From positions 1-25,432 of the forward strand of contig JAVCBY010000094.1 of NCBI GenBank assembly GCA_037917625.1: a stretch of DNA of 25,432 nt, written 5' to 3'. Positions 17,611-25,432 of this stretch are shown in pieces (position 1 is the first letter of the stretch; each line of letters opens with the position of its first letter). Position numbers and translations under genes: made by a program. The notes under the pieces were generated by a model. It had not been told where the DNA came from. It was given only the letters and a program-made list of their open reading frames with translations, and ran no database searches. Source of the DNA: Thermoproteota archaeon. GTDB lineage: Archaea; Korarchaeota; Korarchaeia; Korarchaeales; Korarchaeaceae.

Positions 17611-17704
17611 GAGGCTGAGGATCGAAAGCCCAATAAAACTCTTTCGCTATATTTCTCAAGCATCGAAGATGAAAGTATTTTTAATTAGAGTGCCATGAGC
17701 CCTT

Positions 17705-19165
17705 ATGAAGCTGAGCATCCTCAATCACGTCATAGGCCCCGTGATAAGGGGGCCCTCCAGCTCTCACACGGGGGCATCTTACTTCATCGGGAAGTTAGCT
17801 AGGGGTCTTCTCTTGGACGATCTCCTCGAAGCTAGGATAATATTCGATGAGAAGGGCTCGTACGCTAGAGTCTACAAGCAAGAAGCTGGCGATCTCGCGT
17901 TCGTCTCCGGATTATTGGGCTTAGATTTAGCGGATGAGAGGTTCAAGAGATCTATTGAGTTAGCTGAGGAGCTAGGGATAAAGGTGGAGTTCTTCCTATC
18001 CGATTTAGGCAGGGAAGCTCATCCGAATGAAGTGATCATAGAGATGAAGGGAAGGGAGGGGGAGCTGGTAGCTAGAGCTAGATCCATAGGAGGGGGAATG
18101 TTCGAGTTCCTAGAGCTCAATGGCAGTCCAGTTAAGTTGACTGGGGAGGAGTACATCCATTTGGTAGAGGGACCTGAGTCTGAGAGATCTTATTCCTTCG
18201 AATCCGGGGGTAGGAGGATCTCGATAGTCAAGAGCGCTGAGCCCCTCCCTATAGAGAGTGAGAGGGTCCTCGAGCCCATATTCCTACCCATGAAAGGTGA
18301 GGAGATATTTTCGAGCGGATCTGAGGTAGAGAAGTTCTGTGAGAGGGAAGGGATCAGCTTAGGGGAAGCGGGATTACGCTATGAAGCTGAGCTCCTAGGG
18401 ATGAGCGAGAGAGATGTGTTAAAAATAATGATGGAGAGGTACAGGATAATGAAGAGATCGATAGAGGAGGGGTTGAGCGGTGAGCTGAGCTTGAAAATAC
18501 TGAAGCCATCAGCTAACTCCATCTTGAGGAAGCTTGAGAGAGGTGAGTTAGCTGTTGGAGGATTGCATACTAAAGCTGCAGCTCTATCTATGGCTGTTAT
18601 GCATGCTTGCAATTCCAATGCTTTAGTCGTAGCTGCTCCGACTGGCGGATCTGCTGGCGTCATCCCAGGAGTATTAGCAGCTTTAGAGGAGAGATTCGGC
18701 CTATCAGAGGAGGAGATAGCTAGATCTCTCTTCGCAGCTGGTGTTGCAGGTCTCATAATCGGGAAGAGAGCTACTTTCGCTGCTGAGGAAGCTGGCTGCC
18801 AAGTGGAGATAGGGGCAGCTGGAGCTATGGCATCAGCGATGGTCGTAGAAGCTTTCAATGGATCTTGCAAGCAGGCCCTAGATGCTGCAGCTATCTCCCT
18901 CCAGAATGTAGTTGGGATGGTCTGCGATCCTGTAGGAGGCTTCGTAGAGGTACCCTGCCATACTAGGAACGCTATAGCTGCTGCCTCAGCCTTCGTCAAT
19001 GCCGACCTAATAATAGGGGGATATGAGAACCCCATACCCTTCGATGAGACCGTAGATGCTATTTACTCAGTTGGGAAGATGATGGCATGGGATTTAAGAT
19101 GTACAGCGATGGGAGGATTAGCTGTTTGCCCATCAGCGATGAAATTCATGCCTAAAACGGGCTAA
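17705..19165 (+). CDS. Fe-S-dependent L-serine dehydratase, fused beta-alpha chain
   Basis: N-terminal GPVIRGPSSSHTG, HPN and SIGGG (beta). C-terminal AAPTGGSAGVIPG, GCQVEIG and CDPVGGFVEVPC (alpha, three Cys ligands). Confidence 0.92.
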   Translation: MKLSILNHVIGPVIRGPSSSHTGASYFIGKLARGLLLDDLLEARIIFDEKGSYARVYKQEAGDLAFVSGLLGLDLADERFKRSIELAEELGIKVEFFLSDLGREAHPNEVIIEMKGREGELVARARSIGGGMFEFLELNGSPVKLTGEEYIHLVEGPESERSYSFESGGRRISIVKSAEPLPIESERVLEPIFLPMKGEEIFSSGSEVEKFCEREGISLGEAGLRYEAELLGMSERDVLKIMMERYRIMKRSIEEGLSGELSLKILKPSANSILRKLERGELAVGGLHTKAAALSMAVMHACNSNALVVAAPTGGSAGVIPGVLAALEERFGLSEEEIARSLFAAGVAGLIIGKRATFAAEEAGCQVEIGAAGAMASAMVVEAFNGSCKQALDAAAISLQNVVGMVCDPVGGFVEVPCHTRNAIAAASAFVNADLIIGGYENPIPFDETVDAIYSVGKMMAWDLRCTAMGGLAVCPSAMKFMPKTG

Positions 19166-19269
19166 AGGTCGATGATAAAGCCCGGGTAATTTAATTAATT
19201 TTCATAAAGAATTCTTGGACTTTTTCGTAAAATTTATTTCGAACAGAGGGCGTCGACTCGCACTAAAAG

Positions 19270-19277
19270 TTTAAAAA
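19270..19277 (+). promoter_or_regulatory. Putative TATA box of the aminotransferase gene
   Basis: AAAAG-TTTAAAAA about 29 nt upstream of ATG 19306. Confidence 0.5.
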
Positions 19278-19305
19278 ATTAAGGGGGGTAGCTCCGCGGG
19301 TCCTT

Positions 19306-20610
19306 ATGGGCAGGTTATCCAGGAAGGACATCATAGAGTTATCCAATAATTATATGATGACGAACATCTTTAGATGGTGGGAAGACGATCCTATAGTCGT
19401 TGAATCCGGAAAGGGAGCGATAATAAAGGATGTGGATGGGAGGGAGTACATAGATCTCCATGCTATGCACGCAGTCGCATCCCAAGGTTACTCTCACCCT
19501 AAGATAATAAACGCAATTAAGGAGCAGCTCGAGAAGATCTTCATAGTCGCTACAGATTTCTACAACGAGCCTCAGGCTTTACTCGCTAAGAAACTGGCTG
19601 AAATAACGCCAGGGAAACTGAAGAGGAGCTTCTTCGTGAACTCAGGTGCTGAAGCAGTTGAGACAGCCATATTGCTCGCGAAGAGAGCTAAGAGCAGGCC
19701 CGGGATAATGGCCTTATGGATGGCCTTCCACGGTAGGACTCATATGCCCAGAACTCTTACGGGCTTCTCGAAATATAAGAAGGGGATGGGTGCATTCCCA
19801 TACGGCGTCTTCCATATTCCGAATTACTACTGCTACCGTTGCCCCCTAGGCTTGGAGTATCCTTCATGCAACTTACAATGCGCTAGGATGGTGGATGATG
19901 CTCTGAAGTATGCAGCGCCTGAGGAAGTAGCAGCTTTCATAGCTGAACCGATTCAGGGGACTGCGGGGAATATAGTACCGCCCGATGATTACTTCAGGAC
20001 CGTTAAGAAAATCTTAGACCAATATGATATACTGTTCATAGCTGATGAAGTCATAACGGGATTCGGGAGGACTGGGAAAATGTTCGCAATAGAGCACTTC
20101 GGTGTCGAGCCCGATATAATGACTATGGCTAAAGCTTTGGGCGGTGGATTCCCCGTAGCTGCAGCTATAGCTACTGAGGAAGTTGGGACATCGTTCAAGC
20201 CCCTAGATCATTACTCCACATACGGTGGCAACCCCCTGGCTATGACAGCAGCTTTAGCGGCGATAAGCGTCATAGAAGAGGAGGGGCTCGTTGAGAAAGC
20301 TGCGAGAGACGGGGAGTACATGCTGAAGAGGTTGAGGGAACTCATGGATAAGCATGAGATCATAGGGGATGTGGATGGGAAGGGCCTCCTGATAGGGATG
20401 GAGTTGGTCAAGGATAGGAGGACTAAGGAACCGGCTGTCGAGGAGACAGTGAAATTCAGGTCTGAGTTGAGGAAGAGAGGCGTCATAATAGGACCTCCTG
20501 GATGGACGGGCTCTAGGGTTAGGATAAATCCTCCGCTCGTGATCACGCGGGAGCAAATAGATGCTGCAGTAGAGGCGATAGATGATTCTCTAAAGGCTAT
20601 TAAAGGATAA
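19306..20610 (+). CDS. PLP-dependent class III aminotransferase (GabT/AGXT2-like)
   Basis: DVDGREYID, NSGAEAVE, FHGRT, EPIQGTAG, FIADEVITGFGRTG, MAKALGGG (PLP lysine), TYGGNP, RINPPL. Confidence 0.93.
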   Translation: MGRLSRKDIIELSNNYMMTNIFRWWEDDPIVVESGKGAIIKDVDGREYIDLHAMHAVASQGYSHPKIINAIKEQLEKIFIVATDFYNEPQALLAKKLAEITPGKLKRSFFVNSGAEAVETAILLAKRAKSRPGIMALWMAFHGRTHMPRTLTGFSKYKKGMGAFPYGVFHIPNYYCYRCPLGLEYPSCNLQCARMVDDALKYAAPEEVAAFIAEPIQGTAGNIVPPDDYFRTVKKILDQYDILFIADEVITGFGRTGKMFAIEHFGVEPDIMTMAKALGGGFPVAAAIATEEVGTSFKPLDHYSTYGGNPLAMTAALAAISVIEEEGLVEKAARDGEYMLKRLRELMDKHEIIGDVDGKGLLIGMELVKDRRTKEPAVEETVKFRSELRKRGVIIGPPGWTGSRVRINPPLVITREQIDAAVEAIDDSLKAIKG

Positions 20611-20620
20611 TTTTTATTGA
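20611..20620 (+). terminator. Putative oligo-T terminator
   Basis: TTTTTATT immediately after the stop codon. Confidence 0.4.
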
Positions 20621-20748
20621 TCCTAAGATTTTTAAGGGATAATCCTAACATTTTTTAAATATTCGAAAAATTAATTCTAATCTCTTCATTAAAAATTTTT
20701 AACAGAAAGATGACAAGGGATTTTCATTATGAATTTTCACACGATAAG

Positions 20749-20756
20749 TTTATATT
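20749..20756 (+). promoter_or_regulatory. Putative TATA box of the ABC transporter operon
   Basis: GATAAG-TTTATATT about 32 nt upstream of ATG 20788. Confidence 0.5.
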
Positions 20757-20787
20757 ATAATGGACGACGCCTCCTCGGGGGTCCCTT

Positions 20788-22152
20788 ATGGAGAGGACCG
20801 CATGGGTATTGGGAATCATCCTTCTCATAGTTGGGCTAGCGATCGGCTACTTCGCTGCTGGCCCTGGAACCGTAAAGACCGTTACGCAGACAGTCACGCA
20901 AACTGTCACACAAACCGCTACAGTACCTGCTGTAACGACACCTCCAATTAAGGAGGTCGTAGTGAAGGTGGGGGTCCTCCTCCCGCTTTCAGGCGGTTCA
21001 GCTTTCGATGGGCAGGAGGATCTCAGGGGAATACAGCTAGCAGCATTGCACATAAATCAGAGTAAATATGAGAACATAAAGTTCAAGATAAAGCTAGTAA
21101 TAGCAGATACTCAGACGAGGCAGGACGTCGGAGTGACTGAGCTCAGGAGGCTCGATCGAGAGGGCGTAGTTGCGATCCTAGGAGCTTTCAACTCCGCAGT
21201 GACCTATCCCACAGCAGGCGAAGCTGAGAAGATAGGCCTTCCTTATGTAGTACCAGAGGCAATTGCTGATAGGATAACGGCTCAGGGATGGAAGTATGTC
21301 TTCAGGACTTGTGCAAACGCTAGCAAATATGCATACGACACTCTCTGGGCTCTATCCGATATGGCGAAGGCCAAGGGTGTCGAGATAAAGACAGTAGCTT
21401 ATATATACGAGAACTCCGACTTCGGAGTGTTCACTGTAGAAGGTCTCAAGAAGTCCCTAAACAAATTCTTCCCTGATGCTAAGGCCGTATATGAGGAGAG
21501 CTATCCAGCTGAACAGGTAACTAGTATGGACGATATGGTCGCGAAGCTCAAGGCTGCGAATCCAGATGTCGTGTTCCATGTAGCTTATCTGAAGGATGCG
21601 GTGCTCTTCGTCCAGACGATGAAGAAACTGGGATGGTATCCTAAGGCTTACATAGGGACTGGGGCAGGAGGACAGGCGAGAGTGGAGTTCATAGATCAGC
21701 TCAAGGGTGATGCAAACCTCGTCTTCACTCAAACAGAGTGGCAGCCCGACTTCCTGACGTCAAAGAGCTTGGCTAAGTGGGCTTGGATAGATGAGGATTT
21801 CAAGAAGATCCATGGGAGGAGCATGACAGGGAGCTCGGGCCTCAACTACGTTGGCACTTACGTGCTGGCGGTCGCTATACAGAAAGCTTTGGACTCGGGA
21901 GCAGATCCGAATGATCTCGTAAGCTTCAGAAAAGCCATAAGAGATGCTCTTGAGACCGTAAAGATACCAGCTGGTGAGCTGCCCCTAATGCCTTGGGGAG
22001 TCGACTTCACTAGAGCTCCGAATCACCAGAACCCAGAAGCTGCTGTTGCGATGGCCCAGATATTAGAAGGGAAGTTCAGAGTGGTCTGGCCATTGGAGTT
22101 CGCACCTGTTGAACCTGTACTCCCGGTTCCAAGCTGGGGATCCAGATCATAA
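20788..22152 (+). CDS. Branched-chain/hydrophobic amino acid ABC transporter substrate-binding protein (LivK/LivJ family), membrane anchored
   Basis: N-terminal TM helix, Thr-rich linker, KVGVLLPLSG, GAFNSAVT, YVFRT, YENSDFG, KLKAANPDVV. Confidence 0.93.
   Translation: MERTAWVLGIILLIVGLAIGYFAAGPGTVKTVTQTVTQTVTQTATVPAVTTPPIKEVVVKVGVLLPLSGGSAFDGQEDLRGIQLAALHINQSKYENIKFKIKLVIADTQTRQDVGVTELRRLDREGVVAILGAFNSAVTYPTAGEAEKIGLPYVVPEAIADRITAQGWKYVFRTCANASKYAYDTLWALSDMAKAKGVEIKTVAYIYENSDFGVFTVEGLKKSLNKFFPDAKAVYEESYPAEQVTSMDDMVAKLKAANPDVVFHVAYLKDAVLFVQTMKKLGWYPKAYIGTGAGGQARVEFIDQLKGDANLVFTQTEWQPDFLTSKSLAKWAWIDEDFKKIHGRSMTGSSGLNYVGTYVLAVAIQKALDSGADPNDLVSFRKAIRDALETVKIPAGELPLMPWGVDFTRAPNHQNPEAAVAMAQILEGKFRVVWPLEFAPVEPVLPVPSWGSRS
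20878..20925 (+). repeat. 12-nt degenerate coding repeat: TVTQ x3 plus TATV linker
   Basis: accgttacgcag acagtcacgcaa actgtcacacaa accgctacagta. Confidence 0.8.
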
Positions 22153-22153
22153 A

Positions 22154-22167
22154 CTTCTTTTTTTGTT
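22154..22167 (+). terminator. Putative intra-operon oligo-T terminator after the binding-protein gene
   Basis: ACTTCTTTTTTTGTT directly after the stop codon. Confidence 0.5.
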
Positions 22168-22186
22168 CACGGGGGGAGCAGTTTTG

Positions 22187-23074
22187 ATGGAATGGGGAGC
22201 TTACAGTCAGCTTATAATATCATATGCTATACTAGGTGGAGTTTATGCACTAACAGCTCTAGGTCTCTCGTTAATCTGGGGAGTTATGAGGGCCGTGAAT
22301 TGGGCTCACGGAGACTTACTCATGCTTGGAATGTATACGGCATACTGGATGGTCTTACTGCTCGGGATAGATCCTTTAATGGCTGCTATAGTTGCTTTCT
22401 GCCTCTTAGGTGCTCTAGGCGGGATAATCCATCTGATCGCGATAGAGCCCGTGATAGAGAAACCGGGAGGGCATGAAGCGACATTACTATCGACATTAGG
22501 GATCTCAGTGGCAATAGAAAGCATAGCTCTCATACTCTGGTCTCCGAGCCCTAGATCCTACGATAATATCTATAAGGGAATTTATCTAGAGTTCTTTGGG
22601 GTGAGGACGAGCCTAGCTGAGGCTATCGCCTTCTCTTTATCATTAATAGCGATTTTCCTGACGGATCAATTCATGAAGAGATCTAGATTGGGGAAAGCGA
22701 TAAGGGCTGTATCTCAGAACCCTATAGGGGCTAGAGTAGTCGGTATAGATGTATCTAAGATAAGGCTCTTCACTTTCGCGATCGGGGTAGCGCTCGCTGG
22801 AGTAGCTGGTGTTCTCGTATCAACATTCTATCCTAATATAAGGCCCCTCGCAGGTTACGTTTGGGATATAGCCTCTTACGTCGTAGTGATATTCGCGGGA
22901 CTGGGATCGATATACGGTGTGATATTCTCAGGCCTGATAATAGGGGTCTTGGAGGGGATCGGCGCGGTAATGTTCACGAATGCCTTCAGGCATATCTTGG
23001 TTTACTCGGTATTCCTAGTAGTACTCCTCCTTAAACCGGAGGGGCTATTCGGGAGAGCTCTCAGGAGGGTCTGA
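22187..23074 (+). CDS. livH: Branched-chain amino acid ABC permease, LivH family
   Basis: YALTALGLSLIWGVMRAVNWAHGD, GKAIRAVSQN, LLKPEGLFG. Start placed at MEWGAY after the GGGGGGAG ribosome-binding site. Confidence 0.92.
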   Translation: MEWGAYSQLIISYAILGGVYALTALGLSLIWGVMRAVNWAHGDLLMLGMYTAYWMVLLLGIDPLMAAIVAFCLLGALGGIIHLIAIEPVIEKPGGHEATLLSTLGISVAIESIALILWSPSPRSYDNIYKGIYLEFFGVRTSLAEAIAFSLSLIAIFLTDQFMKRSRLGKAIRAVSQNPIGARVVGIDVSKIRLFTFAIGVALAGVAGVLVSTFYPNIRPLAGYVWDIASYVVVIFAGLGSIYGVIFSGLIIGVLEGIGAVMFTNAFRHILVYSVFLVVLLLKPEGLFGRALRRV

Positions 23075-23075
23075 T

Positions 23076-24026
23076 ATGAGGAGATATCTAGTGATAGCAG
23101 TTATTCTCCTCGCATTGATACTCCCTCCCTTCTTGGATGAATTCTCCCTCACTGTCTTAGTGCAGATGCTCATGTGGGCTTACCTCGCTATGGCGTGGGA
23201 CGTTATAGGTGGGTATGGAGGCCAGTTCTCGCTGGGTCATGCGGCTTTCCTGGGATTAGGGGCATATATCTCTACCCTCCTCTTGGAGAACTTCGGCTTA
23301 ATTCCATGGATAGGGATCTGGATCTCGGGGATCGTCGCTGCAGGAGCAGGTGCTCTCGTCGGTTTCGCTTCCCTCAGGTTAAGGGGACCGTTCTTCGCTC
23401 TCGGTACGATAGCGTTCGCTGAGTTGACGCAACTCCTCCTAACTTACCTGAAGGATATAACTGGGGGGCCCCTGGGAATCATGATCAATAAGGTGGGATT
23501 CGAGTACATGGTATTCGATAAGCAGATCTACTATTACTACTTAATGCTCGCTTTCGCCATCTTCGGGATCTTATTCCTCAAATACTTCGAGAGATCTAAA
23601 TTCGGAATAGCTCTGATAGCTCTTAGGGAAGATGAGGATGCTGCTGAAGCAGTAGGGATCGATGTCTATAGAGCTAAAGTGCTGGGGGCTACGATAAGCG
23701 CTTTCCTCACTGGCATAGGGGGTACTCTCTACGCGCAATGGATACACTACATAAGGCCTGATACTCTAGTTAGGTTGGATTTCTCAACGCAAATAGCAGC
23801 AATAGATGTCGTAGGTGGAGCTGGGAGTCCATACGGTGGTATCATAGGTGCTCTGATACTAGTTCCCATCTCCCTATACTTAAATGCCCTCTTCGGTGGG
23901 ATGATAGCAGGCTTAAGCGTCCTCCTTTACGGCATAGTTCTGCTGATAGTAGTGGTCCTCATGCCTGGCGGTATATACGGATTCCTGAGGAGGTTAGCGA
24001 GGAGGGGGGATCATGCTCGAGGTTAG
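23076..24026 (+). CDS. livM: Branched-chain amino acid ABC permease, LivM family
   Basis: GGYGGQFSLGHAAF, LRLRGPFFALGT, ALREDEDAAEAVGI, MPGGIYG. Confidence 0.92.
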   Translation: MRRYLVIAVILLALILPPFLDEFSLTVLVQMLMWAYLAMAWDVIGGYGGQFSLGHAAFLGLGAYISTLLLENFGLIPWIGIWISGIVAAGAGALVGFASLRLRGPFFALGTIAFAELTQLLLTYLKDITGGPLGIMINKVGFEYMVFDKQIYYYYLMLAFAIFGILFLKYFERSKFGIALIALREDEDAAEAVGIDVYRAKVLGATISAFLTGIGGTLYAQWIHYIRPDTLVRLDFSTQIAAIDVVGGAGSPYGGIIGALILVPISLYLNALFGGMIAGLSVLLYGIVLLIVVVLMPGGIYGFLRRLARRGDHARG

Positions 24027-24735
24027 GGATGTAACGAAGAGATTCGGTGGATTAGTTGCCCTCAATAATGTCTCCTTGAACGTCAGTAAGGGAGAATTGC
24101 TTGGCTTGATCGGGCCTAACGGCTCCGGGAAGACGACGCTCTTCAACGTGATAACTGGCTTCTACAGGCCGGATAGCGGTAGGGTGATCTTCAAGGGGAT
24201 GGATATAACGGGGATGAGACCCCATAAGATCACTAGGTTGGGCATAGGGAGGACCTTCCAGATCCCGAAACCATTTGGGAGGATGTCAGTCCTTGAGAAC
24301 GTGATGACAGCAGCTTTCTACGGTGGGAACGCTTCAGGTTCGGAGGCTAGGGAGATAGCGGAGAGATGGATAGATTATGTAAGACTAAGGGAGAAAGCTC
24401 ATCAGGAGGCTAGGACATTGAACATAGTTGAGAGGAAGCTCATGGAACTTGCAAGAGCTCTCTCAACGAACCCCGAGCTCCTCCTCCTCGATGAACCCGT
24501 AGCAGGCCTCAATCCCTCAGAGACGATGGAAGTAGCGAATTTAGTCAGGAGGCTCGTCGATGAATTTGGGATAACAGTTATCATGGTAGAGCATGTTATG
24601 AGAGCTGTGATGACAGTCTCCGACAGGGTTTTCGTTCTGCACAGGGGGATGAAACTCGCTGAGGGAACCCCTGAGGAGATATCGAGGGATCCTAGGGTCA
24701 TAGAAGCTTACTTGGGGGAGCAGGTGAGATTATGA
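24013..24735 (+). CDS. livG: ABC ATPase, LivG family
   Basis: GPNGSGKTT, GRTFQ, LLLLDEP, VEHVM, VIEAYLG. Confidence 0.93.
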   Translation: MLEVRDVTKRFGGLVALNNVSLNVSKGELLGLIGPNGSGKTTLFNVITGFYRPDSGRVIFKGMDITGMRPHKITRLGIGRTFQIPKPFGRMSVLENVMTAAFYGGNASGSEAREIAERWIDYVRLREKAHQEARTLNIVERKLMELARALSTNPELLLLDEPVAGLNPSETMEVANLVRRLVDEFGITVIMVEHVMRAVMTVSDRVFVLHRGMKLAEGTPEEISRDPRVIEAYLGEQVRL

Positions 24736-25432
24736 GGATGCTCGAGTTGAGGGATCTAGATGCGGGATACGGGGATCTCCAAGTCTTATGGGATGTGAGC
24801 CTCGATGTTGAGCGTGGTGAGATCGTCAGCCTCTTAGGGAGTAATGGGGCCGGGAAGACGACGCTCCTAAGGACTATCTCTGGACTCTTGAGACCATTTA
24901 AAGGGAAGATATTACTCAAAGGAGAGGACATAACACAACTTCCAAGCCATAAGAGGGTGGAGCTGGGGCTCTCCCTAGTTCCTGAGGGCAGGCAACTCTT
25001 CCCGATGATGACCGTGACGGAGAACCTAGAGATGGGGGCTTATACTCCTGGAGCCAAGGAGAAGATGAGTGATAGCTTGGAGTGGGTATTCACGCTCTTC
25101 CCTGTCTTGAAGGAGAGGAAGAACCAGTTAGCTGGTACTATGAGCGGTGGGGAGCAGCAGATGCTCGCTATAGCTAGAGCCCTCATGAGTAGACCGGAGC
25201 TATTAGCTTTGGATGAGCCCTCGATGGGCCTCGCACCTAAGTTAGTTATGGAGATATTCAGGACGTTGCAGAGGATGAGGGATGAGGGAGTGACTATACT
25301 CCTAGCTGAGCAGAACGCTAGAGCTGCCCTCGAGATATCTGAGAAGGCTTACATAATTGAGACAGGTAGGATCGTGCTGCATGGACCATCTAAGGAATTG
25401 ATCCAGATGGATGAAGTCAGGAGGGCTTACCT
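24732..25432 (+). CDS. livF: ABC ATPase, LivF family; 3'-truncated by the window edge and absent from the ORF track
   Basis: MRMLELRDLDAGYGDLQVL...GSNGAGKTT...VPEGRQLF...MSGGEQQMLA...LDEPSMGLAP...EQN...VRRAY, open to the last base. Confidence 0.93.
   Translation, partial: MRMLELRDLDAGYGDLQVLWDVSLDVERGEIVSLLGSNGAGKTTLLRTISGLLRPFKGKILLKGEDITQLPSHKRVELGLSLVPEGRQLFPMMTVTENLEMGAYTPGAKEKMSDSLEWVFTLFPVLKERKNQLAGTMSGGEQQMLAIARALMSRPELLALDEPSMGLAPKLVMEIFRTLQRMRDEGVTILLAEQNARAALEISEKAYIIETGRIVLHGPSKELIQMDEVRRAY

Noticed and set aside
18379-19035. 218-aa antisense ORF
   Set aside because: Shadow frame of the Ala-rich serine dehydratase; no independent motifs.
19989-21732. Several minus-strand ORFs opposite the aminotransferase and binding protein
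   Set aside because: Antisense shadows of well-supported genes.
22109-22186. N-terminal extension of LivH in the ORF track
   Set aside because: Overlaps the binding-protein gene and T-tract; a better start with a ribosome-binding site lies at 22187.
1-25432. CRISPR array, tRNA, rRNA, integrase or intact transposase
   Set aside because: No regularly spaced repeats, cloverleaf, rRNA-like tract or such ORF was seen by eye; tRNAscan and Infernal were not run.

Overview
Archaeal chromosomal window; AGG/ATA/GAG-rich codon usage and gene content suggest a hyperthermophilic Korarchaeota/Thermoproteota-like host (inference). Left half (1-~13900) is a variable surface-glycan and toxin-antitoxin region. 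It holds an MNT-HEPN pair with a frameshifted HEPN, a Wzx-type flippase, about 4 kb of decayed gene remnants (paREP15-like, MNT-like, possible IS fragments), two GT4 glycosyltransferases, a twice-frameshifted wecB, an AT-rich methyltransferase, uppP, a degenerate tandem copy of the uppP 3' end plus the next gene, and a VapB whose VapC is decayed. Right half is intact. It holds a compact pterin/folate cluster (cofE-like ligase, mptE, folP, folE2/mptA) in which FolP carries, at its C-terminus, the domain that is normally N-terminal in Helicobacter-type dihydropteroate synthase/reductase. This is followed by a fused Fe-S L-serine dehydratase, an atypical class III aminotransferase and a Liv-type ABC transporter running off the window. 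The best candidate for an undescribed system is a FolC- and DHFR-independent folate route built on the reversed FolP-reductase fusion plus CofE. All family calls come from motif recognition by eye; no searches were run.
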